A stretch of DNA of 64,000 nt from an uncultured Gammaproteobacteria bacterium (GTDB lineage Bacteria; Patescibacteriota; Microgenomatia; Levybacterales; GWA1-39-11): the NCBI GenBank assembly GCA_964452165.1, contig CAYVKP010000001.1, positions 490,729 through 554,728 on the forward strand, given 5' to 3'. The first letter of the stretch is position 1. Every line of letters starts with the position of its first letter. The position numbers were made by a program, and so were the translations under genes. The notes under the pieces were generated by a model. That model worked only from the letters and a program-made list of their open reading frames with translations. It searched no databases and was not told where the DNA came from. This document shows, piece by piece, positions 31,013 to 41,325 of this stretch.

Positions 31013-32071
31013 ATGAAGGTTGCATTAGTTTACGATAGGGTAAACAAGTGGGGAGGGGCAGAGCGGGTAATTGTTGCTCTTCACAAGATTTTTCCTCAAG
31101 CAGCCCTATACACCTCAGTTTACAAAGAGAATCGTGCTTCTTGGGCAAAAAAAATCCCCGTTATTCCATCCTTTTTACAAAAAATTCCCTTTGCCACAGA
31201 ACATCACGAGGCACTCGGTGTATTAATGCCGATTGCTTTTGAATCTTTTAACTTTGATGGATATGATTTGGTTATCTCTCTAACCAGCGAGGCGGCAAAA
31301 GGGGTAATCACAAGACCGCCAACTCGTCACATCTCAATAATCTTGACTCCTACAAGATATTTATGGAGCGGATATAAAGATTATTTCTCAAACGAGTTAT
31401 TTAAGATGCTTGCCCTACCCGCAGTTGCGTATTTGAGGTTCTGGGACAAAATTGCGGCAAACCGTCCGGACAAACTTATCGCAATTTCAAAAACCGTTCA
31501 AAATAGAATTTCAAAATATTACGGCCTTCCATCGCAAATAATCTATCCTCCACTCATGATTAGAAGTGGGAAAATTAAGCCCGTTGATGGAAAATATTTT
31601 TTGGTTGTTTCGCGGCTTGTCCCCTATAAAAAAGTAGATTTGGCGGTTGCCGCGGCAAATAAGAGCGGCGTGCAGCTTAAAATAATAGGGACAGGAAATG
31701 AGCTTTCAAGGCTTAAGAAAATGGCGCGGTCTAATATTGAATTTTTAGGACAGGTTACAGATTCTGAGCTCAAGAAATATTACACGGAATCGAAGGCTTT
31801 AATTTTCCCCGGGATTGAGGATTTCGGTCTGACAATGGTTGAGGCCCAATCTTTTGGAAAACCCGTGATAGCCTATAGAGGCGGAGGAGCGGAGGAGATT
31901 ATAATAGATGGGGTGACGGGTAAATTCTTTGACAAGCAAAACTCGTCGGATTTGGCTCGCGTGTTGAAAAACTTTCGTCCAAAAAGCTATAATATATTCG
32001 CTTGTAAAAGAAACGCACGTCGTTTCTCATTTGAGTCGTTCAAACAAAAAATAAACGATATAATAAACTAA
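31013..32071 (+). CDS. Glycosyltransferase family 4 (WbaZ-like mannosyltransferase)
   Basis: GGAERV, SRLVPYK, EDFGLTMVEAQSFGKPVIAYRGGGAEE; ATG 31013 follows TGCTATAAT. Confidence 0.9.
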   Translation: MKVALVYDRVNKWGGAERVIVALHKIFPQAALYTSVYKENRASWAKKIPVIPSFLQKIPFATEHHEALGVLMPIAFESFNFDGYDLVISLTSEAAKGVITRPPTRHISIILTPTRYLWSGYKDYFSNELFKMLALPAVAYLRFWDKIAANRPDKLIAISKTVQNRISKYYGLPSQIIYPPLMIRSGKIKPVDGKYFLVVSRLVPYKKVDLAVAAANKSGVQLKIIGTGNELSRLKKMARSNIEFLGQVTDSELKKYYTESKALIFPGIEDFGLTMVEAQSFGKPVIAYRGGGAEEIIIDGVTGKFFDKQNSSDLARVLKNFRPKSYNIFACKRNARRFSFESFKQKINDIIN

Positions 32072-32079
32072 GTTAAAAT

Positions 32080-33162
32080 ATGAAAGCAGTAATTTTTGCA
32101 GGAGGCGTTGGGACAAGACTTTGGCCCATCTCAAGGAAAAATGCCCCAAAGCAATTTGAAAAAATATCAGGTGACAGTTCAACTCTTCAGCTTGCCGTAG
32201 AAAGGCTTTACCCTGACTTTGCACCTTCTGACATTTACGTCTCGACCGGCGATAAATACCGCGACATAGTGTACGAACAGCTTCCTCAAATTCCACGCGA
32301 GAACTTTATTTTTGAGCCCGAAGTAAGAGATGTTGGTCCGGCGGTTGCTGCGGCTTGTGCAATTGTTGGTAAGAATAATCCAAATGAGCCGGTGGCAATT
32401 ATTTGGAGCGACCATTTCGTCAAAAAAGAGAGAAGGTTTAGGGAAGTTTTGGGATTTGCCCAAGATTTGGTGCAGGAAAATCCCAAACTTTTGGTATTTA
32501 TAGGACAAAGGGCTAGATTCGCAAATCAGAATTTGGGTTGGCTCGAGTTTGGAGATGAAGTTAAAACAATTCGTGATACTAAAGTTTTTGCGTTTAAGCG
32601 CCTTGTTTATAGGCCCAGTCTTGAAGACGCGCAACGATATCTTGAATCGGATAATTTTGCCTGGAACCCCGGTTATTTTGTTACGACACCCCAATTTATT
32701 CTGGATTCTTACAAAGAATTTGCTCCAACAATTTGGGAAGGGGTAATGAAAATTCAAGAAGCCTTGGGAAGCGAGAGTTACGATAGGGTAATGAAGGAAG
32801 TGTATCCTGCTCTTGAAAAGATAAGCTTTGATAACGCCGTTTTGGAAAAACTCCCCACAGATAATGTATTGGTGATCGCAGCAGATCTTGGATGGAGCGA
32901 TGTGGGAGCGTGGGAAGCGCTTAAGGAAGCCCTTCAAATTGAGAGCTCGGAAAATGTAACTCGCGGAAAAGTTTTGCTTACGGATTCTTCGGACAATCTG
33001 GTTTTTAACTACACTGACCAGTTGACTACTGGAATAGACCTCGCCGGAATGATTGTGATAAATACGGACGACGTCTTGCTTATTTGTAATAAAAATTCCG
33101 TCCCCAAAATTAAAAAGTTGGTTGAGTCGCTCGCCGGGACTGAGCACGAGAATCTGACCTAG
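32080..33162 (+). CDS. manC: Mannose-1-phosphate guanylyltransferase
   Basis: AGGVGTRLWPISR..PKQF, EPEVRD, WSDH, WNPG, ISFDNAVLEK, WSDVGAW. Confidence 0.9.
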   Translation: MKAVIFAGGVGTRLWPISRKNAPKQFEKISGDSSTLQLAVERLYPDFAPSDIYVSTGDKYRDIVYEQLPQIPRENFIFEPEVRDVGPAVAAACAIVGKNNPNEPVAIIWSDHFVKKERRFREVLGFAQDLVQENPKLLVFIGQRARFANQNLGWLEFGDEVKTIRDTKVFAFKRLVYRPSLEDAQRYLESDNFAWNPGYFVTTPQFILDSYKEFAPTIWEGVMKIQEALGSESYDRVMKEVYPALEKISFDNAVLEKLPTDNVLVIAADLGWSDVGAWEALKEALQIESSENVTRGKVLLTDSSDNLVFNYTDQLTTGIDLAGMIVINTDDVLLICNKNSVPKIKKLVESLAGTEHENLT

Positions 33163-33163
33163 T

Positions 33164-33802
33164 ATGTTCTACAATTTTGTAAAGCGAATACTTGATGTCT
33201 TTCTCTCTCTGATACTTCTGGTTTTCTTTTCTCCTCTAATTCTCGTTACGGCACTTGCCATAAAGCTCAATTCTCCCGGGCCAATCCTGGCGGACACTCC
33301 GGCTCGAGTAGGAAAAAATGGGAAGCTCTTCAGAATGTATAAGTTTCGTTCAATGATTAAAAACGCGCATGAAATACTTGCAAGCGACCCCGAATTCAAA
33401 AAACTTTATGAAGAATACAAAAAGGGAGGATATAAATTACGAGGCGACCCAAGAATTACAAGAGTCGGAAGATTTATCAGAAAATATTCAATAGATGAAA
33501 TGCCCCAATTCCTCAACTCCTTGAAGGGTGACATGAGTATCGTTGGACCGCGAGCCTATTATCCGGATGAGCTTCGTGATCAACAAAAAGAGTATCCCAA
33601 CACAAAAGACGCCGTGAAAATTGTGCTTTCGGTCAAGCCCGGGATAACGGGTGTTTGGCAAGTAACCGGGCGTTCGGGAATCAATTTTGATAAGAGAATT
33701 CAGCTTGATGCGGATTATGCAACCCGAAGGTCAATACTCTACGACATTTATATAATGGCCAAAACGCCACTTGCCATGCTATCCGGAAAAGGAGCCATGT
33801 AG
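33164..33802 (+). CDS. Priming sugar (phosphoglycosyl) transferase, Bac_transf family
   Basis: KRILD, KFRSM, DPRITRVGRFIRKYSIDEMPQ, GDMSIVGPR, KPGITGVWQV. Confidence 0.93.
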   Translation: MFYNFVKRILDVFLSLILLVFFSPLILVTALAIKLNSPGPILADTPARVGKNGKLFRMYKFRSMIKNAHEILASDPEFKKLYEEYKKGGYKLRGDPRITRVGRFIRKYSIDEMPQFLNSLKGDMSIVGPRAYYPDELRDQQKEYPNTKDAVKIVLSVKPGITGVWQVTGRSGINFDKRIQLDADYATRRSILYDIYIMAKTPLAMLSGKGAM

Positions 33803-33911
33803 GGTCCCTGAGTGCAAGCTGAGGACGCTCCGGTATATTTGCATTTTGGTCAAAAGTTTGTTTTAATTAATTTTGTGGTTTGAAAAGGCCAGTTTTGGGC
33901 AGGCCTTATTT

Positions 33912-35879
33912 ATGGAAGAATCCGGTTTTAAGAAAATTGATCTAAATCCTGCGCCGTCAGGGCAACCCGCAAAAGCTTCAGAACCGGCTCCAGCAAGTAT
34001 ATTTGACACTAAAATGAGTAAAAAAAGATTCAAATTCGGCAAAAAGGGAATAGGCGCAGTTGGGATAATTGTTATCCTACTGGTCATATTGGGAGCCTAT
34101 CTTGCATTCCAGGTAGTCGCCTTGGCTGCTCAAGCAAAGGCGGTATATACCCAAGCAAAAGCGGCGGGGGCTGCCGCAAAAACACAGAATGTGGTTTTAG
34201 CAAGAGAACAGCTCGTTAAAACTCGTGATCAAGCCGAAAAACTTCAAAAACAAATTGGCGGAGTCGCTGTTTTTCATTTCATTCCATTCCTGGGTGGATA
34301 TATATCAGACGCAGACCACATGGTCTCAGCAGGAATTCACGGTATCAACGCCGGAATAATTACCACAGATTCGTTAATTCCATACGCAGATGTCCTAGGT
34401 CTTAAAGGAGAGAAGAGCTTCTCGGGTGGATCGGCCGAGGAGCGTATTAGAACCGCTATCAAGACGCTTGACAAGGTTGTTCCAAAGATTGACGATATAG
34501 ATCGCGAGATGCAGGCAGCCAAGAAGGATATGGACAAGGTTAATCCCGGTCACTATCCCAACTTCTGGGTTTTCAAAAAAATAAGAACTCAAGTTGTTAC
34601 AGCCAAAACTCTGGTAGACGACGGTGTTTTAGCAGTTAATGAAGGAAAGCCTCTTATTAAGGTTTTGCCGGAGTTACTCGGAGCAAACAAGGCTAAGAAA
34701 TATCTCGTTCTTTTTCAGAATGATAAGGAGCTTCGTCCAACCGGAGGATTCTTAACTTATTATTCAATATTCAGAATTGATCAGGGCGTAATACACATTG
34801 ATAGCTCATCTGATATTTATGCTCTTGATAATAGTATCTCCTATCACCCAACAGCGGATCCCATTATTCTAAAATACTTACCCAAGGTTCCAACTCAAAA
34901 TATTCGCGACATCAATCTTTCTCCTGATTTTCAAAAATCTATGGATGCATTCAGAACTTATTATGGCAAATCAACACAAAAAACTGAGGTTGACGGAATT
35001 ATCGGCCTGGATACTCAATTTCTCGTACATATAATTAAGATCCTTGGCGGAGTTCAGGCTGACGGCCAGAATTTCACGGCGGACAACGATGCTGGCTGTA
35101 ATTGTCCTCAGGTTGTTTATCAGCTTGAGCAAAACACAACGGAAATTGTCAATTATGTTAAGACAAACAGAAAAGGGATTGTAGGAGATCTTCTTTATGC
35201 AACAATGCAAAAAGCGCTGGGTGTATCGCCTAAAATTTACTGGGGACCACTTTTCCAGGCGGCAATAGCCGACGCCAATGAGAAACATATTTTATTCTCA
35301 CTTAATGACCAAAATGCTCAAAGCGGTATCAATTCTCTCGGCTGGGCCGGACAGATTAAAAACTTTAACGGAGACTACCTTCATATAAATGACGCCAATT
35401 TTGGAGGAGCAAAATCCAATATGTATATTCAACAATCCGTTCGCGTTGATTACGCTGTTGCATCAGGCGGCGATATTCAAAAGACTGTTGCAATAGAATA
35501 TAAAAATCCTCAGAAATATTCCGATTGTAGCTTGACTACCCAGGGTGGCCTTTGTCTTAATGCGATACTTCGCAACTTCCAAAGATTTTATGTTCCAAAA
35601 GGTTCAACCCTTATCTCAAGTAAGGGGTCTCAAGTTAAGGTAACAACAGTTGATGATCTTGATAAAACTGCCTTTGAATCATTCTTCACCGTTAATCCAC
35701 TTGGTAAAGCAACAATGACCTACGTTTATAAGCTTCCATTTAAGGCGAGTGGAAATCTACCCGTGCTTATTCAAAAACAGCCGGGAGTTGAAGTGGTTCC
35801 GTTTGAAATATATGTTAATAACCAAAAAGTTGATTCATTTGATCTCAAGCAAGACCGAGTCTTAAATATTAAGATTTAA
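33912..35879 (+). CDS. DUF4012 domain membrane-anchored protein
   Basis: N-terminal TM, helical stalk, YLVLFQNDKELRPTGGF, NLSPDF, VDGIIGLD, GAKSN; ATG 33912 preferred. Confidence 0.8.
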   Translation: MEESGFKKIDLNPAPSGQPAKASEPAPASIFDTKMSKKRFKFGKKGIGAVGIIVILLVILGAYLAFQVVALAAQAKAVYTQAKAAGAAAKTQNVVLAREQLVKTRDQAEKLQKQIGGVAVFHFIPFLGGYISDADHMVSAGIHGINAGIITTDSLIPYADVLGLKGEKSFSGGSAEERIRTAIKTLDKVVPKIDDIDREMQAAKKDMDKVNPGHYPNFWVFKKIRTQVVTAKTLVDDGVLAVNEGKPLIKVLPELLGANKAKKYLVLFQNDKELRPTGGFLTYYSIFRIDQGVIHIDSSSDIYALDNSISYHPTADPIILKYLPKVPTQNIRDINLSPDFQKSMDAFRTYYGKSTQKTEVDGIIGLDTQFLVHIIKILGGVQADGQNFTADNDAGCNCPQVVYQLEQNTTEIVNYVKTNRKGIVGDLLYATMQKALGVSPKIYWGPLFQAAIADANEKHILFSLNDQNAQSGINSLGWAGQIKNFNGDYLHINDANFGGAKSNMYIQQSVRVDYAVASGGDIQKTVAIEYKNPQKYSDCSLTTQGGLCLNAILRNFQRFYVPKGSTLISSKGSQVKVTTVDDLDKTAFESFFTVNPLGKATMTYVYKLPFKASGNLPVLIQKQPGVEVVPFEIYVNNQKVDSFDLKQDRVLNIKI

Positions 35880-35882
35880 TAA

Positions 35883-36413
35883 ATGCGTTATCTTAAAGAT
35901 ACTGCCTTCATTCTGAGACGCATTAACTTTGGTGATTCGGATCGCTACATTACTCTCTTCACAAAAAACCACGGCAAGATTGAAGTTGTGGCAAAAGGTG
36001 TTCGTAAGATTACTTCACGACGCGCCCCATCAATTGAGCTTTTCAACATGGTTGAGTTTCAAGCTATCAAAACTCAAAAGAATTACATTTTGACTGAAGT
36101 CAAGCTTGTCTCATCCTTTGAACATCTCAAGAAAGAGCTCAAACATATAGAGAAAGTTTTTCTTATGTGTGAATTGATAGATGCGGTTATGGCAGACGGA
36201 GTCCGCCACGTGGACGTTTTTGATCTTCTCGAGCGAGCAGGAGAAAAGATTTCCGACAATGAAAAGAATATGGCCTATTTTCAAGCAAAACTCCTGTCGC
36301 TTCTTGGGTTTTGGGATGGAAAAGCGGCTTTTAAGAATGATGATCATGTGCGCCAAGTAGTAGAGCAGGTAATTGAAAGAAAATTGAAAAGTCCCGCAGC
36401 CTTCTCCGCCTAA
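35883..36413 (+). CDS. recO: DNA repair protein RecO (short form)
   Basis: FILRRINFGDSDRYITLFTKNHGKIEVVAKGVRKITSRR. Confidence 0.9.
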   Translation: MRYLKDTAFILRRINFGDSDRYITLFTKNHGKIEVVAKGVRKITSRRAPSIELFNMVEFQAIKTQKNYILTEVKLVSSFEHLKKELKHIEKVFLMCELIDAVMADGVRHVDVFDLLERAGEKISDNEKNMAYFQAKLLSLLGFWDGKAAFKNDDHVRQVVEQVIERKLKSPAAFSA

Positions 36414-36453
36414 ATAGTAATTAATCCTCAAAAGCAGTATAATTTACCCACGC

Positions 36454-38673
36454 ATGGCAGTAGAAACTGATGCAAGAATAATAATTGATCGACTTCTTCG
36501 TGAAGCAGGTTGGGATATTGAGAATAAACAAATAGTTTCAACAGAAGAGCCGGCAGCAGACGGGAGAGCAGACTACCTGTTAAAAGATCAGCATGGGAGG
36601 CCGCTTGCAGTAATCGAAGCAAAGAGATTTTCTATAGAGCCAAACCGAGCCCAAGAACAAGCAAAAGATTATGCTATTTCTATATCTGCGCCTTATGTTT
36701 TTTTATCAAATGGAGAAGTAATCTATTTCTGGGATTATAAAAATCACGCTGCAAGGTTAGTAGATACTTTTTATTCAAGAGAAGACCTGGAAAGAAAATA
36801 CGCTCTTTCTAAAAACCTAACACCACTAACCGAAGTATCAATACCTTCGAGCTTTCTATATTTAAACGATGAAATTACCGTTAGGCCCTACCAGGTTGAT
36901 GCCATAAAGGCTGTTGATAAAGCAATCGAATCTGGAAAAAGAAGAATGCTAATAGAGATGGCTACTGGAACAGGTAAGACTCTAACGGTGGCAATTATAA
37001 TGAAGAGACTTTTTGAGTCGGGTTTAGTTCAACGAGTTTTATTTTTGGTCGACAGAAAGCAGCTTGCAGAGCAAACAAAAGACGTTTTTACAGAGTACTT
37101 AAGAGAAACTCCATCGAAAGTTTGGTATGGTGGAAAGCCGAAAGAGCTAGGTCAGATCGTTATTGGGACGCTTCCAACGATTGCATCTCAGCTTGAGCGT
37201 TTTGGTCCAGGGCACTTTGATTTGGTTGTGACGGATGAGTGTCACAGGTCAATTTATAATATTTACCGTGAGTTACTCAATCATTTTGATGCTTTGCATA
37301 TTGGCATGACTGCAACTCCAAATCTTGGTCAGTACGAATTCGTAAATGAAAAGGAAAAAAGGTTAGTGAGAAATACCTACGAATTTTATAAGTGCTGGAA
37401 TCATGCTACTAAAATCGGCGAACCAACTTTTGCTTATGGAATCGTTGAGGGAATAAAAGACGGTTTCCTCGCAAATTACCAAATTTATTTGGCTAAGTCG
37501 AGAATTACATCTGAGGGTGTGACATATGAAGGAGTTGACTATAAGCCCTCAGAGCTTGAAAGGACTATCACGATTGAGTCCCGTAATAAGCTGATGGTTC
37601 AGGAGTTTGCAGAAATGGAGAAGCAGCGGGGTGGAGATCATCTTAGGAAGACAATTCTTTTCGCCGTTACAAAAAACCATGCCGCACAGCTTAAAAGATT
37701 TTTTGATGAAGAATTCCCAGAATATACGGGTGATTATGCAAAGATCATTACTTCCGATACTCCTAATCCCGGACAAATCCTGAAGGATTTTGAAAAACAG
37801 CAATTTCCGGTATGCCTTATTTCTGTCGGAATGCTTGATACCGGAATTGATGCGCCAAACGTTGAAAACCTTGTCATGATGCGCCCAACTGTCTCAGCTG
37901 TCCTTTATCAGCAAATGCGCGGACGCGGAACTCGTAAAGATCCCAAAATTGGAAAAGAGTCATTTCTTATTTATGATTTTGTAGGAAATGCAGAGAAGTT
38001 TAATGATCCCATGCTTGAAAACGCAGTTCCCGGGGAAAGCCATCTGTCCGTTGGATTATTTGATGCCATAGAGAAAGAAGAAGAAAAGAGAAAGAAAGAA
38101 TTCGTTGTAGTTAAAGAGCATGAACTGACTGATGAAATGCAGACAAGGCAAATGATTCATGTTGGTCCAGAAGGTATGGCGATCGACAGGCAGAATTATA
38201 AAGAAAAATTTAAAGAGACTGTATCAAGTATGGAAGATGATGAAACAATTCAAAAAATACTCACAGATAAGGTATTGGATCAGGGAGAGATTAATGAATT
38301 AGCGAGAAAACTAAATCAACCAGAGGATTACTTTAATGAAGATAACCTTAAAGACGCTTACGGAGAGCCTTCGGGTTCATTGGTGGACTTTATAAAGGCT
38401 GCGTTCGGTAAATACAGGTTTCCAACTAAAAGAGAGCGTGTAAATAAAAACTTTGATTCCTGGTTGAGACAAAAGAATTTTAATATCGACCAAATTTCAT
38501 TACTATCACAACTTAAAAACAGGTTTGTAGCAGGAGATATTGAGATAACTGCCGAGGACTTTACAAAGCCTCCGCTTAGAGAACAAGGAGGCATACAGAA
38601 GGCCGTTTCTTTATTTGGGGAGCAGGGATTGAGACAGACACTGGAAGAGCTTAATGAAACAGTACTGAATTAA
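36454..38673 (+). CDS. hsdR: Type I restriction enzyme R subunit (EcoAI/EcoEI-like)
   Basis: ADYLL...IEAKR nuclease motif, MATGTGKT, DECHRS, TATP, LDTGIDAP, QMRGRGTR. Confidence 0.92.
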   Translation: MAVETDARIIIDRLLREAGWDIENKQIVSTEEPAADGRADYLLKDQHGRPLAVIEAKRFSIEPNRAQEQAKDYAISISAPYVFLSNGEVIYFWDYKNHAARLVDTFYSREDLERKYALSKNLTPLTEVSIPSSFLYLNDEITVRPYQVDAIKAVDKAIESGKRRMLIEMATGTGKTLTVAIIMKRLFESGLVQRVLFLVDRKQLAEQTKDVFTEYLRETPSKVWYGGKPKELGQIVIGTLPTIASQLERFGPGHFDLVVTDECHRSIYNIYRELLNHFDALHIGMTATPNLGQYEFVNEKEKRLVRNTYEFYKCWNHATKIGEPTFAYGIVEGIKDGFLANYQIYLAKSRITSEGVTYEGVDYKPSELERTITIESRNKLMVQEFAEMEKQRGGDHLRKTILFAVTKNHAAQLKRFFDEEFPEYTGDYAKIITSDTPNPGQILKDFEKQQFPVCLISVGMLDTGIDAPNVENLVMMRPTVSAVLYQQMRGRGTRKDPKIGKESFLIYDFVGNAEKFNDPMLENAVPGESHLSVGLFDAIEKEEEKRKKEFVVVKEHELTDEMQTRQMIHVGPEGMAIDRQNYKEKFKETVSSMEDDETIQKILTDKVLDQGEINELARKLNQPEDYFNEDNLKDAYGEPSGSLVDFIKAAFGKYRFPTKRERVNKNFDSWLRQKNFNIDQISLLSQLKNRFVAGDIEITAEDFTKPPLREQGGIQKAVSLFGEQGLRQTLEELNETVLN

Positions 38674-40167
38674 ATGACAAAACAAGAATTATTAAATACA
38701 GTAGATAAGCTTGCGGATGTTTTCAACGGCGCAGGAATTACGAATCCAATTACTTATATTGAGCAAATTAATTTCCTGTTTTTCCTAAAAATGCTTGAAG
38801 AATGGGATGATTCAAATACCTTAGCTGCAAAACTATCTGGTAGAATCTCTGCTCCGATTTTTACAGGGACAGGCGAGCCATTCCGTTGGTCTTCTTGGTC
38901 ACAAATTCCAAATAACGAGCGAATGTTTCAGTTTCTCAGAGATGAAGTTCTAAAATTTATCGAAAATATCCCTAACAGGTCAGACATAAAAAGATTCTTT
39001 GCTGATGTCCGCTTTATGGTTCCAGATCCTATAACTTTGCGCGAGGTTGTAGACTTAATTTCTCCAATTAATTTTTCACAAATTGACGCCGATGTTAAAG
39101 GAGATGTATACGAACATTTAATCGGTAAGCTTGCAACGTCGGGAAGAAACGGACAATTTAGAACTCCTCGCCATATTATTCGTACTATTGTCCAAATGGT
39201 AGATCCAAAACTTGGGCAAACAATTCTTGATCCTGCAGCTGGAACAGGTGGATTCTTACTTGCGGCGTTCGAATATATAAAAGCGAATAATTCAGATAAG
39301 CCAGAGGAAGTAGTAACAGAAAGCGGAAGTAAATATTTAAGAGGACACGGAGACAATTTAAGCGAAAAAGATTGGAATAAATTGCAAAAAGAAACGTTTT
39401 GGGGATTTGATGTGTCACCAGATATTGCAAAAATTGCACTCATGAATATGATATTGCACGGACTTGATGCTGGTAATATATATAGACGCGATTCACTCGC
39501 AGGTGCATCAGATAAATTCGAGACCATGAGTTTTGATGTTGTTCTTGCAAATCCTCCATTTTCAGCAGATGTTGCAATTGAAAGATTGCGTCCAATTTTA
39601 CCAATCCAGGCAAAAGATACGACAATCCTGTTTTTGGGTTTAATGGTTGATTCACTAAAGCCTGGTGGAGTGTGCGGTGTCATTGTGAATGAAGGAGTTC
39701 TTTTTGGAAGGAATAATGCCGCACTTCAGATTAGAAAATACATCCTTGATAAAACAGAGCTCCAAGCTGTAGTTTCTCTGCCTCAGGGAGTTTTCAATCC
39801 CTATGCGGGAGTTAAAACAAGTTTTCTGATTTTCAAAAACACCGGGAAGCCAACAGATAAAGTTTGGTTTTATGAAGTGGGAAGCGATGGCTATTCAACC
39901 GGTGCAAATAGAAGGCCACAACCAGAGAAGAATGATCTACCAGATTTGTTAGAAAAATGGCCAGAAAGAAAAATATCTGAGAAAAGTTGGATAGTTGAAA
40001 GAAAACAAATTGAAGAAAATGATTTAATTCTCTCCGCCAGCGCCCACAAGCCTGCAGGAGCAGATTCAAATAAAATCCACCGTGACCCAAAAGATATTTT
40101 GGAAGAAATTGACTTATTAACGATACAAATAGAAGATCAAAGGGACAAGATTAAGGATTTAATATGA
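38674..40167 (+). CDS. hsdM: Type I RM methyltransferase subunit (N6-adenine)
   Basis: GQFRTPRHI, DPAAGTGGFL, NPPF, VFNPYAGVKT. Confidence 0.95.
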   Translation: MTKQELLNTVDKLADVFNGAGITNPITYIEQINFLFFLKMLEEWDDSNTLAAKLSGRISAPIFTGTGEPFRWSSWSQIPNNERMFQFLRDEVLKFIENIPNRSDIKRFFADVRFMVPDPITLREVVDLISPINFSQIDADVKGDVYEHLIGKLATSGRNGQFRTPRHIIRTIVQMVDPKLGQTILDPAAGTGGFLLAAFEYIKANNSDKPEEVVTESGSKYLRGHGDNLSEKDWNKLQKETFWGFDVSPDIAKIALMNMILHGLDAGNIYRRDSLAGASDKFETMSFDVVLANPPFSADVAIERLRPILPIQAKDTTILFLGLMVDSLKPGGVCGVIVNEGVLFGRNNAALQIRKYILDKTELQAVVSLPQGVFNPYAGVKTSFLIFKNTGKPTDKVWFYEVGSDGYSTGANRRPQPEKNDLPDLLEKWPERKISEKSWIVERKQIEENDLILSASAHKPAGADSNKIHRDPKDILEEIDLLTIQIEDQRDKIKDLI

Positions 40168-40168
40168 T

Positions 40169-41323
40169 ATGGGTATTAATAAAGATGATTATAGAAAAGT
40201 AAACTATAGGTACAACGGTCAACACTTATATTTTTCAAAAAACCACGTTTTTCATCTCCACTTCAAGCATAGAAGAAGGACTTTTAAATTTCCATACCAT
40301 AAGAATTTACTCGACTTTTTAAAAGATAACCCAGAATGGAATGTATTTTTTACTGCGGATATTTCTATTAAGCCGTTTAAACGGTACGGAAACGATTTTT
40401 TGATAAATATCGATTCGTATTTGGAATTTTGTGAATCAATGCAAGGCAAGACAGACGGCCGTGCAAAGGCATTTCTTGGGCAAAACTTGAAATTGATTGA
40501 TATTGCTACTTCACAGGAGGAGAAAGACGATTTTATTAAAGTCAATGCAAACGAAAAAAATATATTGGGAGCGATTAAAAGTCTAAATGAAGAAAGCAAA
40601 AAAAATATAGTTCAAGAATTAAGCAAGTTTGAAGTGTCCCGGGTAGACAGTGAAATTAGTTCTGAAAAGTTTGCAGCAACTTTTGTTAAATTTTTGACAG
40701 ATAAAAATGTACAACAAGTTTTGTTCGACAATTTACCGAGGATTCAAATAGAGACTTTAAAAAGTCATATAGATTTTTTGGAGAAAGCTTTAGGTCATAA
40801 TGAAACCTACGTTCAAGAATGGATTGATGAAGAGAATGGCAAATACAGAAAACAGCGATGTCTCATCTTTGGCATAGAGTTTGTTGACCCCAAACGAGAA
40901 GGTAAGTTGAACGAGAAGCGTTTTGATATTCTTGCAGAGCAAAATAGAGAGAGTCACATACTTATCGAACTGAAGTCTCCGGGTCATAATATATTTGACA
41001 TTAAAGAAACCCCAAATAAGAACGGTGGTGTTAGTACGCAATATACAATCTCAACTCATCTTTCTAGGGCTATACCTCAAATTTTAGGATATAAAGACTG
41101 GTATGAGAGCGCGAGCTTAGAAGAAATTCAGGCGCTAGGGATTGAAAGCAAACGGTCTATTTCAAAATGCATCATCGTTATTGGACAAAATAAACAAGAT
41201 AACGTATGGAGAGAAAACTTTCGCCGTCTCAAAGCAAATATAAACATAGAGGTTCTGACATATAATGATTTAATAGATAAACTAAAAAACTCCATCAAGA
41301 ATTTAGAGGAAAATCTTAACTAG
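40169..41323 (+). CDS. Shedu-like (SduA/DUF4263) PD-(D/E)xK nuclease with an uncharacterised N-terminal domain
   Basis: E..VQ, IFG, FDIL, IELKSP, AIPQILGY (QxxxY), CIIVIG, IEVLTYNDL: the DUF4263 motif series. Confidence 0.8.
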   Translation: MGINKDDYRKVNYRYNGQHLYFSKNHVFHLHFKHRRRTFKFPYHKNLLDFLKDNPEWNVFFTADISIKPFKRYGNDFLINIDSYLEFCESMQGKTDGRAKAFLGQNLKLIDIATSQEEKDDFIKVNANEKNILGAIKSLNEESKKNIVQELSKFEVSRVDSEISSEKFAATFVKFLTDKNVQQVLFDNLPRIQIETLKSHIDFLEKALGHNETYVQEWIDEENGKYRKQRCLIFGIEFVDPKREGKLNEKRFDILAEQNRESHILIELKSPGHNIFDIKETPNKNGGVSTQYTISTHLSRAIPQILGYKDWYESASLEEIQALGIESKRSISKCIIVIGQNKQDNVWRENFRRLKANINIEVLTYNDLIDKLKNSIKNLEENLN

Positions 41324-41325
41324 AA

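Noticed and set aside
32179-33147. 322-aa minus-strand ORF
   Set aside because: Lies entirely antisense to a motif-complete manC; no recognisable motifs; a shadow ORF
33791-33833. Imperfect GC-rich hairpin (GTCC..AGT-GCAA-GCT..GGAC) after the priming transferase, considered as a REP or terminator
   Set aside because: Single copy, several mismatches, no clear U-tract; too weak to call
1-35879. No flippase, Wzz or ABC exporter seen in the glycan locus
   Set aside because: The locus continues beyond the left edge of the window, so absence cannot be claimed
38928-39683. 251-aa minus-strand ORF
   Set aside because: Antisense shadow of hsdM with no independent coding evidence
40156-41275. GATTTAATA near the end of hsdM and near the end of the Shedu-like gene, considered as a target-site duplication
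   Set aside because: Only 9 AT-rich bp, and the second copy is ~50 bp inside the gene, not at its boundary; likely chance
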